Shown here one piece after another: positions 11,893 through 24,689 of a stretch of 64,000 nucleotides of DNA. The translations under genes were made by a program, and so were the position numbers. The notes beneath the pieces are model-generated. The model saw only the letters and a list, made by a program, of their open reading frames with translations, was not told where the DNA came from and made no database searches. Location: the NCBI GenBank assembly GCA_951406725.2, contig OX597815.1, positions 52,204,001-52,268,000 of the forward strand. Reading direction: 5' to 3'. Origin of the DNA: Octopus vulgaris. Taxonomy: Eukaryota. The stretch's first letter is position 1. Each line of letters opens with the position of its first letter.

Positions 11893-13503
11893 GTTATGCG
11901 GAAACTGGGGATTGATGAATGGTTAATAAGGGCTGTACAGGCCCTATACAGAGATGCCATTTGTAGGGTTAGGATTGGCAATGAGTATAGTGAAGAATTT
12001 CAGGTAGAAGTAAGGGTCCACCAAGGTTCAGCCCTCAGCCCCCTCTTATTCATCATAGTCCTCCAGGCAATAACAGAAGAATTCAAGACAGGTTGCCCCT
12101 GGGAGCTCCTCTATGCTGATGACCTGGCCCTCATAGCAGAATCACTACCAGAACAAGGTTTAGAATCGAAGGGCCTTAGAGTCAATGTTGCAAAGACCAA
12201 AGTTCTAGTAAGTAGGAAGGCAAACACATCACACACCCCTTCAGGTAGGTGGCCCCGCTCGATCTGTAGAAAAGGTGTTGGTAGAAACTCCATATGATGT
12301 ACCCAGTGCAAGCTATGGGCACATAAGAGGTGCAGCAACATCAAAGGAAGATTAACCGGGAAGATAGCTTTTGTGTGCAGCAGATGCACAGGGGCAATAA
12401 ACACCACAGATGCTCAGAAAACAGATTCCATCACATGCCAGGGGAAGAAACTAGCAGTAGTTGATAGCTTCTGCTACCTAGGTGACCAAGTTTGTAATGA
12501 GGGTGGATGCTCAGAGAGTGTTACCATTAGAATAAGAATACCCTGGGCAAAGTTTAGAAAGCTTCTAACCCTACTGGTGACAAATGGCCTCTCACTCAGA
12601 GTGAAAGGTAGATTGTATGATGCATGTGTGTGAACTGTCATGCTTCAAGGCAGTGAAACATGGGCCATGACTGCTAAAGACATGTATAGGCTCGAAAGTA
12701 ATGAAGCTAGAATGATCCGCTGGATGTATAATGTCAGTGTGCACACATGACAGAGTGTAAGCATGGTGAGAGAAATGTTAAACATAAGAAGCATCGGATG
12801 TGGTGTGCAAGAGAGATGCTTGCATTGGTATGGACATGTATTGTAGATGGATGAGGAGAGCAGCATGAAAAAATGCCACTCCCAAACAGTGGAAGGAATC
12901 TGGACAGAGGGAGACCCAGTAAGACATGGGATGAGGTAGTGAAGCATGACCTTTGAACATTGGGCCTCACAGAGGCAATGACAAAAGACCAAGACCTCTG
13001 GAGGTATGCTGTGACTGAGAAGACCCAGCAAATAAAGTGAGTTCACAGCTGTAACCTACACCAGCCCACTCAAAAGTACCTTGGATCATAGGGTGACATG
13101 CCATGCTTGAGGAGACCTATTGAGTCAAGTATATCAACATCAACTTCAATATCAAAATCAAATCAAATTACAATCAAATGTAATTGTGACCCCCGTGCTG
13201 GTGGTACATAAAAAGCACCATTCAAATGTGGCTGATGCCAGTGCTGCCTCGACTGACTTCCGTGCAGGTGGCATGTAAAAAGCACCATCCAATTGTGGCT
13301 GATGCCAGCTCCTCAGGCCCCTATGCCAGAGGCACGTAAAAAGCACCTACTAAACTTTCGGAGTGGTTGGCATTTGGAAGGGCATCCAGTTGTAGAAACA
13401 CTGCTAGATCAGATTGGGGCCCGATGTGGCCATCTGGCTTTGCAGACCCCTTTCGAACCCATGCCAGCATGGAAAATGGTCGTTAAACGATGATGATGAT
13501 GAT
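11893..13503 (+). mobile_element. 5'-truncated RTE-clade LINE
   Basis: VHQGSALSPLLF, LLYADDLAL, VVDSFCYLGD, KGRLYDACV; 3' UTR with tandem units ending in (GAT)n. Confidence 0.9.
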
Positions 13504-13678
13504 AACTACGTACCACGTTTGATGCCAAAGTATGTGAAAACATGTGAAACTCCACAATCAAGTGCATTCATATGCAAATATGAATTATTAAGTGTATACG
13601 CTAGAATGCATAATGCAGGTATGGTTATATGAGCCAGTGTTTGTGTGAGTATGCAAATGTTGTAAAATTCAAATAATT

Positions 13679-13916
13679 CTTTCTTTTATTCTTTTGCTTG
13701 TTTCAGTCATTTGACTGCAGCCATGCTGGAGCACTGTCTGAAGGGGTTTAGTCAAACAAATCGATCCCAGGATTTATCTTTTTTTATAATTAGTATTTAT
13801 TCTATTGGTTCTCTTTTGCTATGGGATGTAAACACATCAACACCAGTTGTCAAGCAGACACAAAGACACACACGCACATACAGATGTATACATATATGTA
13901 TATATATATATATACA

Positions 13917-13996
<80 letters not shown>

Positions 13997-14522
13997 AAAT
14001 AATTAAGATTCAGTTGAATTAGGTACTTAAGTTCAGGCACCAAGTTTTTCCAGTATTGTCCACACAGCTTGAAGTTAGGTGATTTAAAAGATTCTGCTAC
14101 AATAATAGCAAAAAGAAGTAATGTATTTTAGTCTCTGGTAATGATGAAAAATTTGCTAAAAAATTATAATGGAGTACCCAGTATGTTGGAAATCTCTTTG
14201 GTTGTATGCTTCTGAAGAGAACAGTCTATTTCAAATTGATGTAATGTTTGCATTGATCGATTAAACGGAGCTGCTTGAAACAGCCATAATGCACTGATGC
14301 CTGGACATCATTGTTACTTATTTGCTTTGTATATATATATATATATATATATATAGGATGGGCTGCTTTCAGTTTCTGTCAACCAAATCCATTTACAAGA
14401 CTTTGGTTGGCCTGAGGCTATAGTAGAAGGATGCTTCCCCAAGATGCCACACAATAGGACTGAACCTGGAACCATGTGGCTGTGAAGCAAGCTTCTTACC
14501 ACACAACCATCCATGCCTGCAC
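13679..14522 (-). mobile_element. SINE group A pieces (3' part 13679-13885, head 14355-14522)
   Basis: Both halves match group A in reverse, separated by TA tracts and ~335 bp of unassigned DNA. Confidence 0.65.
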
Positions 14523-14575
14523 CTATATCTCTCTTAACATGAAACCAACGGTAGCCTGATTAATCCAAAAATAAA

Positions 14576-14610
<35 letters not shown>

Positions 14611-14615
<5 letters not shown>

Positions 14616-14960
14616 AATATTAGGGAATAAATCAAAATTTACAGGGAAAAATCAGATTTAGGATTGAATCCAATTTTATAGTAAAATATTATATAATATT
14701 AATTAGAGACAAAACCACTATTTTGCAAATCAAACAAGGAAAGACTTAATCAATACATAAAAAATTTTTTTTATATAAAGTAAATAAATCGCCACTACAA
14801 TTGTTTCCTGTCTTCAAATGACATTCATCTGGTGGATTTCATATCTTCTATTCAATTTTAAAGTTATGAAGTCTATATATAGAAATTTATATTAAAATTT
14901 TTTTATGTATTGATTAAGTCTTTTCTTGTTTGATTTGCAAAATAGTGGTTTTGTCTCTAA

Positions 14961-14972
<12 letters not shown>
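14611..14972. mobile_element. Foldback insert in (TA)n, probably a Penelope-like terminal-repeat relic
   Basis: ~79-bp inverted arms at 14690-14768 and 14894-14972, extra ~80 bp on one side, TA tracts on both sides, hammerhead-like motif in the spacer. Confidence 0.6.
14786..14839 (-). ncRNA. Minimal type-I hammerhead ribozyme-like motif (variant core)
   Basis: AAAU-CCAC CAGAUGA AUGUC-auuugaa-GACAG GAAA CAAUUG UA GUGG-cg-AUUU: stems I and II plus palindromic stem III. Confidence 0.6.
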
Positions 14973-14999
<27 letters not shown>

Positions 15000-15252
15000 A
15001 GACATTATAAGAATTTTTATAAACTTTTAAGAGAATGTGAAATAATTCTTTTTTGAATAATGGTTCTCAAAGCATATACAGCTATAAATAATAGCATGTA
15101 AATATTGGGTTGAAAGATCTTTATGGATAGAAAGTGTTGAAAACTGCCCATGATACTTGAACCTACATCTTACATCTTCTGTAAATACAACAGGCATTAT
15201 TCTATGGGACCTAAATAATTCTTCAAATTTCTCTATCCATTTTATACCTGCC

Positions 15253-15254
<2 letters not shown>

Positions 15255-15314
<60 letters not shown>

Positions 15315-15315
15315 A
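15255..15315. repeat. (CA)n microsatellite
   Basis: Directly visible. Confidence 0.95.
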
Positions 15316-15326
15316 TATGTATGTAT

Positions 15327-15555
15327 TCTTTTATTCATTTACTTGTTTCAGTCATTTGACTACAGCGATACTGGGGTACAGCCTTGAGGAGTTATAGTTG
15401 AACAAATCAACCCCAAGACATTTTTTTAAAGCCTGGTACTTATTCTATCACTCTCTCTTTGCCAAATTACTAAGTTACAGGGATGTAAACACACCAACAC
15501 TGCTTGTCAAGTGGTTTGGGGGAACAAACACAGATATAATGACACACACGCACAC
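15327..15555 (-). mobile_element. SINE group A 3' half
   Basis: ttacttgtttcagtcatttgact..gggatgtaaacacacc. Confidence 0.7.
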
Positions 15556-16086
15556 AAATATAAACTGGGTATATAATAAAATTTCCTTTTTATAGTTTAG
15601 ATATACTGCTTTGTTTATTTAAGAATAGAATTGCATTGGTATCAAACTGTCCAAATTGAATCCACTTCATTGGATTATAACGTTTATATAAATTGCATTG
15701 AACAGTGAATTACAGTTCAGCAGTTAATTTATGAAATCAAAGCATTTAGATTTGAGACAAAAAGTACACAGCTTTGAAACAGATGCTTAGGCATTTAAAT
15801 CGTTACTCTTAATTGAAAAGTAAATTAATTTAATTGCAATTCTGATATAGTAATTACTTTCTCATTATTCACTGCTGTTATATTTCCTTGTAATTCTTTC
15901 TGTTTTTTTTTTCTTTTCCACCCAAATCTCACATTCTAATTAACTGGCAGATATTTCGATAATCAACTGGTGTGACTCATATTCATTATTCTAATCTATA
16001 TACACCAATAACAAAATTCAATTTACTGTTGACTTAATGCTTGAATTACAGCTCAGTTACAGATGTATTACAACAGATTTATACAT

Positions 16087-16146
<60 letters not shown>

Positions 16147-16284
16147 TACTTTGTGTCCATAAACATGCAAATACAGCCAGACACAATCATATGCATGTGT
16201 GTATGTTCACATGCACATGTATGCAGATACATAAATATATGTATTCATATATATAAGTGTGTGTGTTTGCATATATACATATAT

Positions 16285-16612
16285 GAAAGGATTTAAGGTT
16301 AGTTAAGATATGTTTGAGATGTATTTCAACTTTTTAAGGCAAATGCACTGCATTTGCCATGGAAAAAAAATTATCTCTTACTGTCAAAGCTGTAAAAATA
16401 CCATACCTGTCCAGTTTTGCCCCTTTTCAGATTCCACTGCTTCTAGCTTTTTAGCTGTTATCAAAAGTATTCCCCATTGATAATGGCTAAAAAGTTAGAA
16501 ACACAGCATCTCCATGGTAACTGCAGTGAATTTTCCTTTAGAAGTTGAAATATGTCACAAACATATTCGAACTAGCCTAAAGTTCACTTATGCCTAAACA
16601 CTGCTTAGCACA
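16285..16612. mobile_element. Unclassified MITE-like element with long TIRs
   Basis: 16285-16362 is inverted at ~16510-16590; a related end sequence recurs at 37700-37840. Confidence 0.55.
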
Positions 16613-16630
16613 GGTACTGACGAATATATA

Positions 16631-17845
16631 CAAGGGTTGGACAAAATAATGGAAACTCCTAGCATCAATAAAACCGTCAAAAGAGTGTTTATTTTTATGT
16701 TTTTTGATTTAATATTAGTGTTGCTTAATGTTTTGCTAAAATTGCTGTTTCTTTTCAGATATCATAAGAAAAAGGTAATTAAGATTCATCAAAAGGGCAG
16801 ATCTATTGGACTTTCAAAGAGGTTATATTGTTGGTGCTTGATGGTAGACACTAGTATAACGTAAACAGCCAAAATGTTTGGTGTATCAAGTAGTACTGTC
16901 TCAAAAGTAATGACAGCCTTTGAGAAAGAGGGAAAAACCTCCTCATCAAAACAAAACTCCGGAAGAAAACCAAAACTTTCAGGTAGGGACGTTGGACTCT
17001 TATGTTAGAAAGGATCACAAAAGTACAGCTCCTAAAATTACTGCAGTGCTTAATGACCACCTCAAGAACCCACTTTCCACAAAAACTGTTCACCGGGAGC
17101 TGCAAAAAGCCAAATTTCACAGGAGGGCTGAAATCAGAAAACCGCTACTTTCAAAAACAAACGTTGCAAAGTGTTTAGAGCGGAGTAAAAACCTACAGAA
17201 TTGGCCCCTAGAGCAGTAGAAGAATGTTATTTTCTTGGACAAGTCATCCTTTGCCTTATTTCTGACCACTGGCTGAGTATACATGTGGAGACAGTCAAAA
17301 GAAGCATTTGACCCACACTGCCTTCTTCCAGCTGTTAAACATGGAGGAGAATCTGTGATGATCAGGGGGGCTATATCTTGGAAATCTGCTGGCCCAATGG
17401 TTTCCCTTCATGGCAGAATTGATAGTCAAACTATCTAAGCATTTTATCTGATCAAATTCATCCTATGGTTGCAGAACTGTTTCTGGAGGGAAACGCAATC
17501 TTTCAGGATGATAATTCACCAATTCACACAACTAAAGTTGTTACTGAATGGCATGAGGAACATTCTATTGAAGTTGAACATCTTATCTGGTTATCATAGT
17601 CCCCAGATCTCAATATTATTGAACATTTATGGTGCATTTTAGAAAAAACAAATAAAGAGTCAATATCCTCCACCATCATCACTACAAGAACTGGAGACTG
17701 TTTTCGCTGAAGACTAGACAAAAATTCCTCTGGAAACAATTCAAACTTTGTATGCGTCCATACCTCATAGAAGGTGGTCCAACCCCATATTAAAATAAAT
17801 TTGTTTGAAATTTTAAGATGTTTCCATTATTTTGTCCAACCCCTG
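16631..17845 (+). mobile_element. Tc1 (DD34E) transposon, near full length, inactive
   Basis: TA-caagggttggacaaaataatggaaa / tttccattattttgtccaacccctg-TA; RKPLLSKTN, IFLDKSSF, FQDDNSPIH, SPDLNIIEHLW. Confidence 0.9.
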
Positions 17846-17895
<50 letters not shown>

Positions 17896-17999
17896 CGCGC
17901 ATATGTATATGTGTGTGTGTGTATAGATGTATATATATGGATATATGTATATATGTATGTACCCTTCTATCTAGTTTTCTGTTTATCTATCAGTCTGTC

Positions 18000-18444
18000 T
18001 GTCTATGAAAAATTACATCGAAAGTGGCCAGCTTTGGTAAACAAAAAGGTGTTGTTCTCCAGATTCACAATGCATGGCCACACACTTCAAAACAAACATA
18101 AGAAAAAAATAGGATTATTAGGATGGGAAATTCTTCTGTATCCTCCATACTTACCTGACTTAGCACCTATGGATTTCCATCTGCTCCACTCACGAGAACA
18201 TTTTATAAGAGATAAAATATTCAGAAACAGAAAGGAAGTTGGAAATGGTCCTTCAGACTTTTTTTCAGGAAAAAGAATAGGTTACTTTGAATGGGACATA
18301 AAAAAGTTACTTTTCTATTGGGCTGCAGTCATTAAAAATAATGGTGATTACATTCTTGATTAAAACTATTCAGATAAACGTACTTTACATTTGTTTTTAT
18401 AACCTTTCTGGTAAAATGCAATTACTTTCTGAACACCCCAGTAT
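18000..18444 (+). mobile_element. mariner (DD34D) 3' fragment
   Basis: GWEILLYPPYLPDLAPMDFHL..NNGDYILD*, then right-TIR-like gcaattactttctgaacacccca. Confidence 0.85.
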
Positions 18445-18744
18445 AGAATTAAGATAGTAAATTATGATTTCAATTCATGCTGAAAGGAACATACCCATCA
18501 CCTCTTACCCACCAATAATCAGGTCAGATGGCAACAGGTTGATTTAAGTCAAAGTAGATATTTTGGTCCCAGTATGAAAATTAAGTTGTTTGTTGCAAAT
18601 AAGATACAATAGAAAATATATATAAAGTAAAATATTAGTAACTTTCAAATTTTATCAGGTGCTAATATTTTGCTGAACCTATCAACAAACGAAGAGTACA
18701 CTCGTATGCATATGTATGGCATGTGTATTATCTCAGTTGCATGC

Positions 18745-19820
18745 CTACCTTTTATCCCCTTTAAAGACCATAAACTTAATTCTCTTAATTGCTCTAAATG
18801 TTGTCTTATTAAACCAGTTAAAACAGAAGGGAATAGTTAATAAACCCATTTAGATTCAGTTTAGCATAAAATGTTACAGTGCTCTCTTTATGAGCACATT
18901 GGTTATCAAATAGTTTAGTAATATTAGTTTGATGTCATTGACTCTAATCCTTTTAATATTTTCTCTGTATTATCTCTACATTACCCCTATAATAATATTT
19001 CTAAAATCTTTAGCATTTACTAAAACATTTATGCCAATAAGTGATTCAGATATTAATGTCTTCTTGCCTGCTAGTGATGAGTTGTTTAATGTATCCATAG
19101 GTGTGTTTGATGGCATTAAGCTGAGCATGATGATGGCATCCTTATATTCTGGATATTCTGCACAGAAAATAAGGCATATTTACAGGGATGATGGATTGTT
19201 CAACTCTCTGAATATAAATGGACATGAATCAAATAAAATTAGGAAAGATTTAATTAACTTTTTCAGTGGCATGAGCTCAAAGACTGCAATGGAAACTTAG
19301 TACAGTAAATTTTCTAGATATTACTTTAGCTCTTTAGCATTCAGATTACTCTGTCAAATGTTATGTTTGTTTATTCACATAGTTTTGGATTCCTCCTGTA
19401 TTACTTTGTAGCTTTGAGGTTTCAATGATGTGAATCTCTATTTTCAGATTGACTATCTAGGATAGGTGTCAGAGACCAGATCTGACCAATTTGAAACATA
19501 AAACAGATAGAATATTGAGGCTGGATATGGTTGGTTTTAAATTCTAAAGAGTTAAAATTACAGACTAGCAGGTTTACCTTTACTAGAAGACAAGCATGAA
19601 AGTATTCTATGTAAATAAAACTTTAACCACTCATCTGGCATTATTTGGGATTTAGTTTCCAATATAAGTAAATGTAATTCTTTGTTATCAACATATAGGG
19701 CCACTTTTGAATACTGCCTTAATTTACAACAACAAATTTCTCTGGAATTATGGGGGTTTTTTCCAGATAAAATCCAGTATATAATTAGTTTTAGAAATAA
19801 GAATAGAAAATTTTATGTTC
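18745..19820 (+). mobile_element. Second, more decayed Penelope-like RT fossil
   Basis: FKDHK..CLIKPVKTEG, FDVID, HIYRDDGL, KIRKDLINFF, VNFLDITL, YVNK..NH; interrupted by a MITE. Confidence 0.7.
19326..19555. mobile_element. piggyBac-type MITE
   Basis: ctttagcattcagattactctgtcaaa..ttctaaagagttaa; same body as 3779-4340. Confidence 0.7.
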
Positions 19821-19826
19821 AATCTA

Positions 19827-20240
19827 GGTGCAGGCATGGCTGTGTGGTAAGAAGCTTGCTTCCCAGACACATGTTCCTGGGATCAGTCCCACTGTGTGGC
19901 ATCATGGGCAAGTGTTTTCTACTTTAGCCTTGTGAGTGGATTTGGTAGGTAGAAACTGAAAGAAGCCTGTTGTATATGTGTGTGTGTGTGTGTATGTGTG
20001 TGTGTGTGTGTGCATGCGTGTATGTGTGTGTCTGTGTTTGTCTCCATGCCATCACTTGACAACTGATGCTGATATGTTTATGTCCCTATAACTTAGTGGT
20101 TTGGCAAAAAAGACTGATAGAATAAGTACTAGGCTTACAAAGAATAAATCCTGGGGTCAATTTGTTTGACTAAAACCCTTCGTGGTGGTGCTCCAAAATG
20201 GCCACAATCAAATGATTGAAATAAATAAAAGAAGAAAAGA
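19827..20240 (+). mobile_element. SINE group A, full length
   Basis: Boxes A/B, internal (GT)n, body and tail; aatcta on both flanks (possible TSD). Confidence 0.85.
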
Positions 20241-20249
20241 ATCTAACTT

Positions 20250-20438
20250 TAAACTTCTCTCAAACTGCTACTCTCTGGAACTCACCACCATTGTCTTGTT
20301 TTCCTCTGAGCTATGATATTCAGTCATTCAAGCTTTCTGTCAATTGATATCATTTGAATTTGTAAGACTCCTTCTTTTCCATTCTTTGTAGTCCCCTTAC
20401 ACTACAACGGCCTCAGGGATAAAATCACTATAAAAAAA
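20250..20438 (+). mobile_element. LINE 3' end (Jockey/CR1-group-like)
   Basis: FSQTATLWNSPPLSCFPLSYDIQSFKLSVN resembles the WNxLP..FK C-terminal motif; short A tail. Confidence 0.55.
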
Positions 20439-20842
20439 TGTAAAGATTAATTAAGAAAATTCTCTAATTCAGTTTTTCTGCATTTCTCCAGGGGATGTTG
20501 ATATTGTAAGGCTCTCTGTTTAACCTCATGCTTTTAATTGGTTTTATTCCAACAAACATCCTTTAGATGGTAATTGTTTGGCAGAAGAATTTCTGTCTTG
20601 GAACTAAAGCTATTGTTCTAAGGAAAATTATTGAACTTTTGTTTTTGCTATCATGAGTTTCTACGGCAATCCTTTAGCCGTTATGAGCTGAAGTGTCATG
20701 AACCAAAAATCGGGTGTTTGCTGAGACAACAAGGGAATCTCTGTGTGAATCAGTTAGCAAACTTTTACATGAACCTTTGATCTGCTAGAAACTGCAGTTA
20801 AATATCCTTCAAACCATACAACTTTGAAAAAAACCCTAATAA

Positions 20843-21243
20843 GTTGCAGGTATGGCTATGTGGCAAGAAGCTTGCTTCCCAAACACATAGCTCCGGGTTC
20901 AGTCCCACTGCATGGCAGCTTGGGCAAGTGTCTTCTACTATAGACTCCGGCCAACCAAAGCCTTGTGAGTGGATTTGATAGATGGAAACTGAAAGAAACC
21001 CATTGTATATATATGTATATATATCTATGTGTGTGTGTGTGTGTGTTTGCCCCCCCCATCACAACTTGACAACTAGTGTGGGTATGTTTATGTCCCCATA
21101 ACTTAGCAGCTTAACAAAAGACACTAATAGAATAAGTACCAAGCTTTAAAAAATAAGTCCTGGGGTTGATTTGTTTGACTAAAAGGTGGTGTTCCAGCAT
21201 GGTTGCAGTCACATGACTGAAACAAGTAATAGAGTAAAAGAAT
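20843..21243 (+). mobile_element. SINE group A, full length
   Basis: Head ggttcagtcccactg, internal microsatellite, tail cagtcacatgactgaaacaag. Confidence 0.85.
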
Positions 21244-21734
21244 AATGCTGTGACATGTTAGCTTAGAACTTGGAGAAGTGTACTTCTGTATACAGGGGCA
21301 TCAATAATATCATCCAAAGGAGCTGCAGCCACCTATTTTCCTTGAAAACTCCAAGAAACTATTATTATGCATACTAAAAACAGTCTTGCTCTACATCCCC
21401 ACCTCCTACACACGATGAAAAATGTTCTTGAACTTGCTACCATTACTTAGTGTCACAACCATAAATGGTCTCACATGGCCATCCCATGCCTAAAATATAA
21501 AACTTACTCCAGGTTTCCTCCTAAGAGTTAGAAAATATTTAATCTCTAATAAATTGATGGTACTTCATAATGATGCCTATTAGTAACCCATATTAAAGTA
21601 TTGATCACATATTTACAAGACTGCTACTAAGCATAGTCAAATATACAAGAACAGCTTTCTGTAGGAATATCATTTAACTGAGTGGTAATGATCTGCTCAT
21701 AAACACACTACAACCACTAACTCATGCCTGTACT

Positions 21735-21915
<181 letters not shown>

Positions 21916-21919
21916 ACAG

Positions 21920-22135
21920 CTTTCTAACTTTGCCACAAGGTCAGTAAATTTAAGGTGGGGTGGTATGTTTATTACACTGACTCCACTACTTGATTGGTAC
22001 TTTATTTTATCAACCCTGAAAGGATAAAAGACAAAGTCAACCTCAGCAGAATTTGAACACAGAATGTAAAGCCAGAATAAATATTACCAAGCATTTTGTT
22101 TGGTGTGCTAATGGTTCTGCCATTTCAGTACCTTA
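21920..22135 (-). mobile_element. SINE group B
   Basis: Reverse complement of the B core. Confidence 0.7.
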
Positions 22136-24339
22136 AAGCTGAATATTGCCTTCTAGGGTACTTTGGGGTATTCGTCACACTTGTCCCTTCTCTCACATGT
22201 CTGTGCTACCTTATCCTTCAGAACTCCAACTAAACATTTCATTTAATCACTTTGTCTCAGAATCTCTGCTTTCTGGAATTTTTATCCTGTCTGTTTTCCT
22301 TACATGTCTGTACATGAAATTCAATGTTGAATATTAACAACATCGATTGCAGCTGTCTGGGAGGGCTTCCTTGGTAAATTAATCAAAAATTCAATCATTA
22401 CAACAGAGATTATATCAAGTTATTGATAAATGTCTATAATAAACTTGAAAAATCAACTCCACTACAAAACTTAAGATGTAAGAATAAAGTATAAATTATC
22501 TCCCCAAACATTCAATTCTTGATGGAATTCTTCCTTCTCAAATTCTCCCTCTCCAGTTTTGTTTTGCTCCAGTAAAACCATTCTCTCTCACCACCCAGTA
22601 GAATATTGACCAGCTTAACTGAAATTTGCCAAAGAGCAATGATAATCACTTATTTGCCTTATTTGCCAAATACAAAGAAAGTAGGAGATTAATTTAGCAG
22701 ATCAATTAAGTATGTTCAGTGGAGATGAGACTTTGTTCATGTATGAATCGGATTTTATAATTTTTTTCCCCACAAGAGAATTCTATAGCATGCAGAGTTT
22801 TATTTGTAACACTTGGGAAAACAGTGTAGTTTATAGAATGGAACAAATTAGTAGAGTGGCTGCTTTTGGTGCCAAGGATCAAGATGGCAACATTTTATCA
22901 ATCCAATATAACATCAAAGTTCTAATTCAAAGAATAAAAAGAGATAAATGAAATGGATTTGCATTCAAAGGAAAAGTTTTGGAAATAATTTGCATATCAT
23001 AAAATTGCTATATAAAACAGAATTGAGAATAAATTCACACTAATCATAAGAGAGAAATTACAAATGTTTCTATTAGTTTTTCTTTTTTTTTCCTCTTTTT
23101 TTTTTTTTTTAATTCATAGTTAGAATCTTAAATTTTAATCATCTTGCATGTTCTCAAATACAGCCATTCACAGAATACAATAAATGAGAAAACTGAAGAT
23201 TTACATGTTTTAATTTCCTGATTAGTACTTATTTATTAAGAAGTTGGATGAGATATCATGTATTGGAACTAAAACAATTGAATTGCGGTAGAGTCATACT
23301 TGTTATTAAAATCATCCACATTTATAATCTGGTCATTGATAATCTTCTTTGAACTGAATATTGTGAAATATAGAGAATCAGTGATCAAGTCATAGAAATA
23401 TGATGAAAGGACTTTGATACCTAATGATATCATAATATAATAATAAAATGTGATAGTTTATGGGTATTTTTAATAGCTAATATGGCTTTACCACAGTGTA
23501 GGTGAATGTTTCAAATTATTCTTACAATCATCATCATTGTCATCATCATTGCTGTTGTTGTCATCGTCATCATTGTTATCATCATCATAATTATCATCAT
23601 CACCACACCTCACACCATCACTCTGGCTTTTCAGATGATGTAGCAGATTTGTAATGGTGCTGTGAACTTATTTAATTTTCCTTTGCCAATCACATCATAT
23701 CCTTTCTGAGCAGAATACCTCTAATCATTCTAATTTACTCCAAACTCCACTTAACTCACATTTATTCCTCTGTGTTTAAGTTGTATTTTAAGCAGATTTT
23801 GTATCTTTCTTAGGATTACTTTGCAGTTTGCAAAGATATCAATAAAAGTGATAAAAATAAAGTTTAGAGCAATACTGTAATGATATATAAGTACAGCTAA
23901 TATGAAGAGATACTCGAAAGTAAAATTCAAGTGGCATATTGAAATAAATGGATAATATATTTTATATCTTCTCTGAATACAATCATGTTTATAGCTGTCA
24001 GGCTGTCATAAAATATATGGATATATGATACTTCATTTACAAGGAAAAGTTCGTATCCACAAAAATAAGGTAAATATAATATATTTAGTTCAATGTATAA
24101 TTTAATTTTATTTTCAAGTGTCTTCTTTTAAGCTGTACTCAGAGTCAAAAAGTATTTCAGCTTAGAGCAGTTTCCAAATACATTTCAAGCACAAATACAT
24201 GGTATATTTTGTATATACTATACTGTAAATTACTTGGAGCCTCTGTGATTGCTCCACCTGGTAGTAATAGCAGCTAGATTTCACACTTCACTAGTTTTAA
24301 AAACATGTATTATATAATGTAGTCCAGGAGTACTGCAGT

Positions 24340-24361
24340 TCCTCCTCCTCCTCCTCCTCCT

Positions 24362-24403
<42 letters not shown>

Positions 24404-24430
24404 CAACAACGACGACGACGACGACGACGT
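24340..24430. repeat. Compound tract (CCT)n(CAG)n(CAA)n(CGA)n
   Basis: Directly visible. Confidence 0.95.
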
Positions 24431-24444
24431 CGAGGAGATGACCA

Positions 24445-24610
24445 TTGTTTTTATGCTGTCGATTATTGGTTTGTTTGATCAGAGCCAATTTGGAGCTGTG
24501 GAATGGCATCCCACAAGGCGAAGCATTGGTACCTTTCATATTTTGTCATTATTCTAGACTATGCCATTCCAGCAAGCAGTTGAAGACTATGAGGAACTGG
24601 TCTTCACCAG
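24445..24610 (+). mobile_element. Short non-LTR RT fragment
   Basis: LWNGIPQGEALVPFIF / (frameshift) VIILDYAI resembles the RT motif GxxQGxxLxPxLFxxxxD. Confidence 0.55.
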
Positions 24611-24689
24611 GACGTTCCTGATGGTTGGTTGGTTTAAACAAATATTTCACTGGCTTTTATTTTATTGATTCCAAAAGAAAACTGTATAT

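Noticed and set aside
13711-14043. YI/HT/CV-rich ORFs here and throughout
   Set aside because: They are translations of (TA)n, (CA)n and (GATA)n tracts.
22712-22951. 79-aa ORF in unique DNA
   Set aside because: No recognisable motif or clear splice signals.
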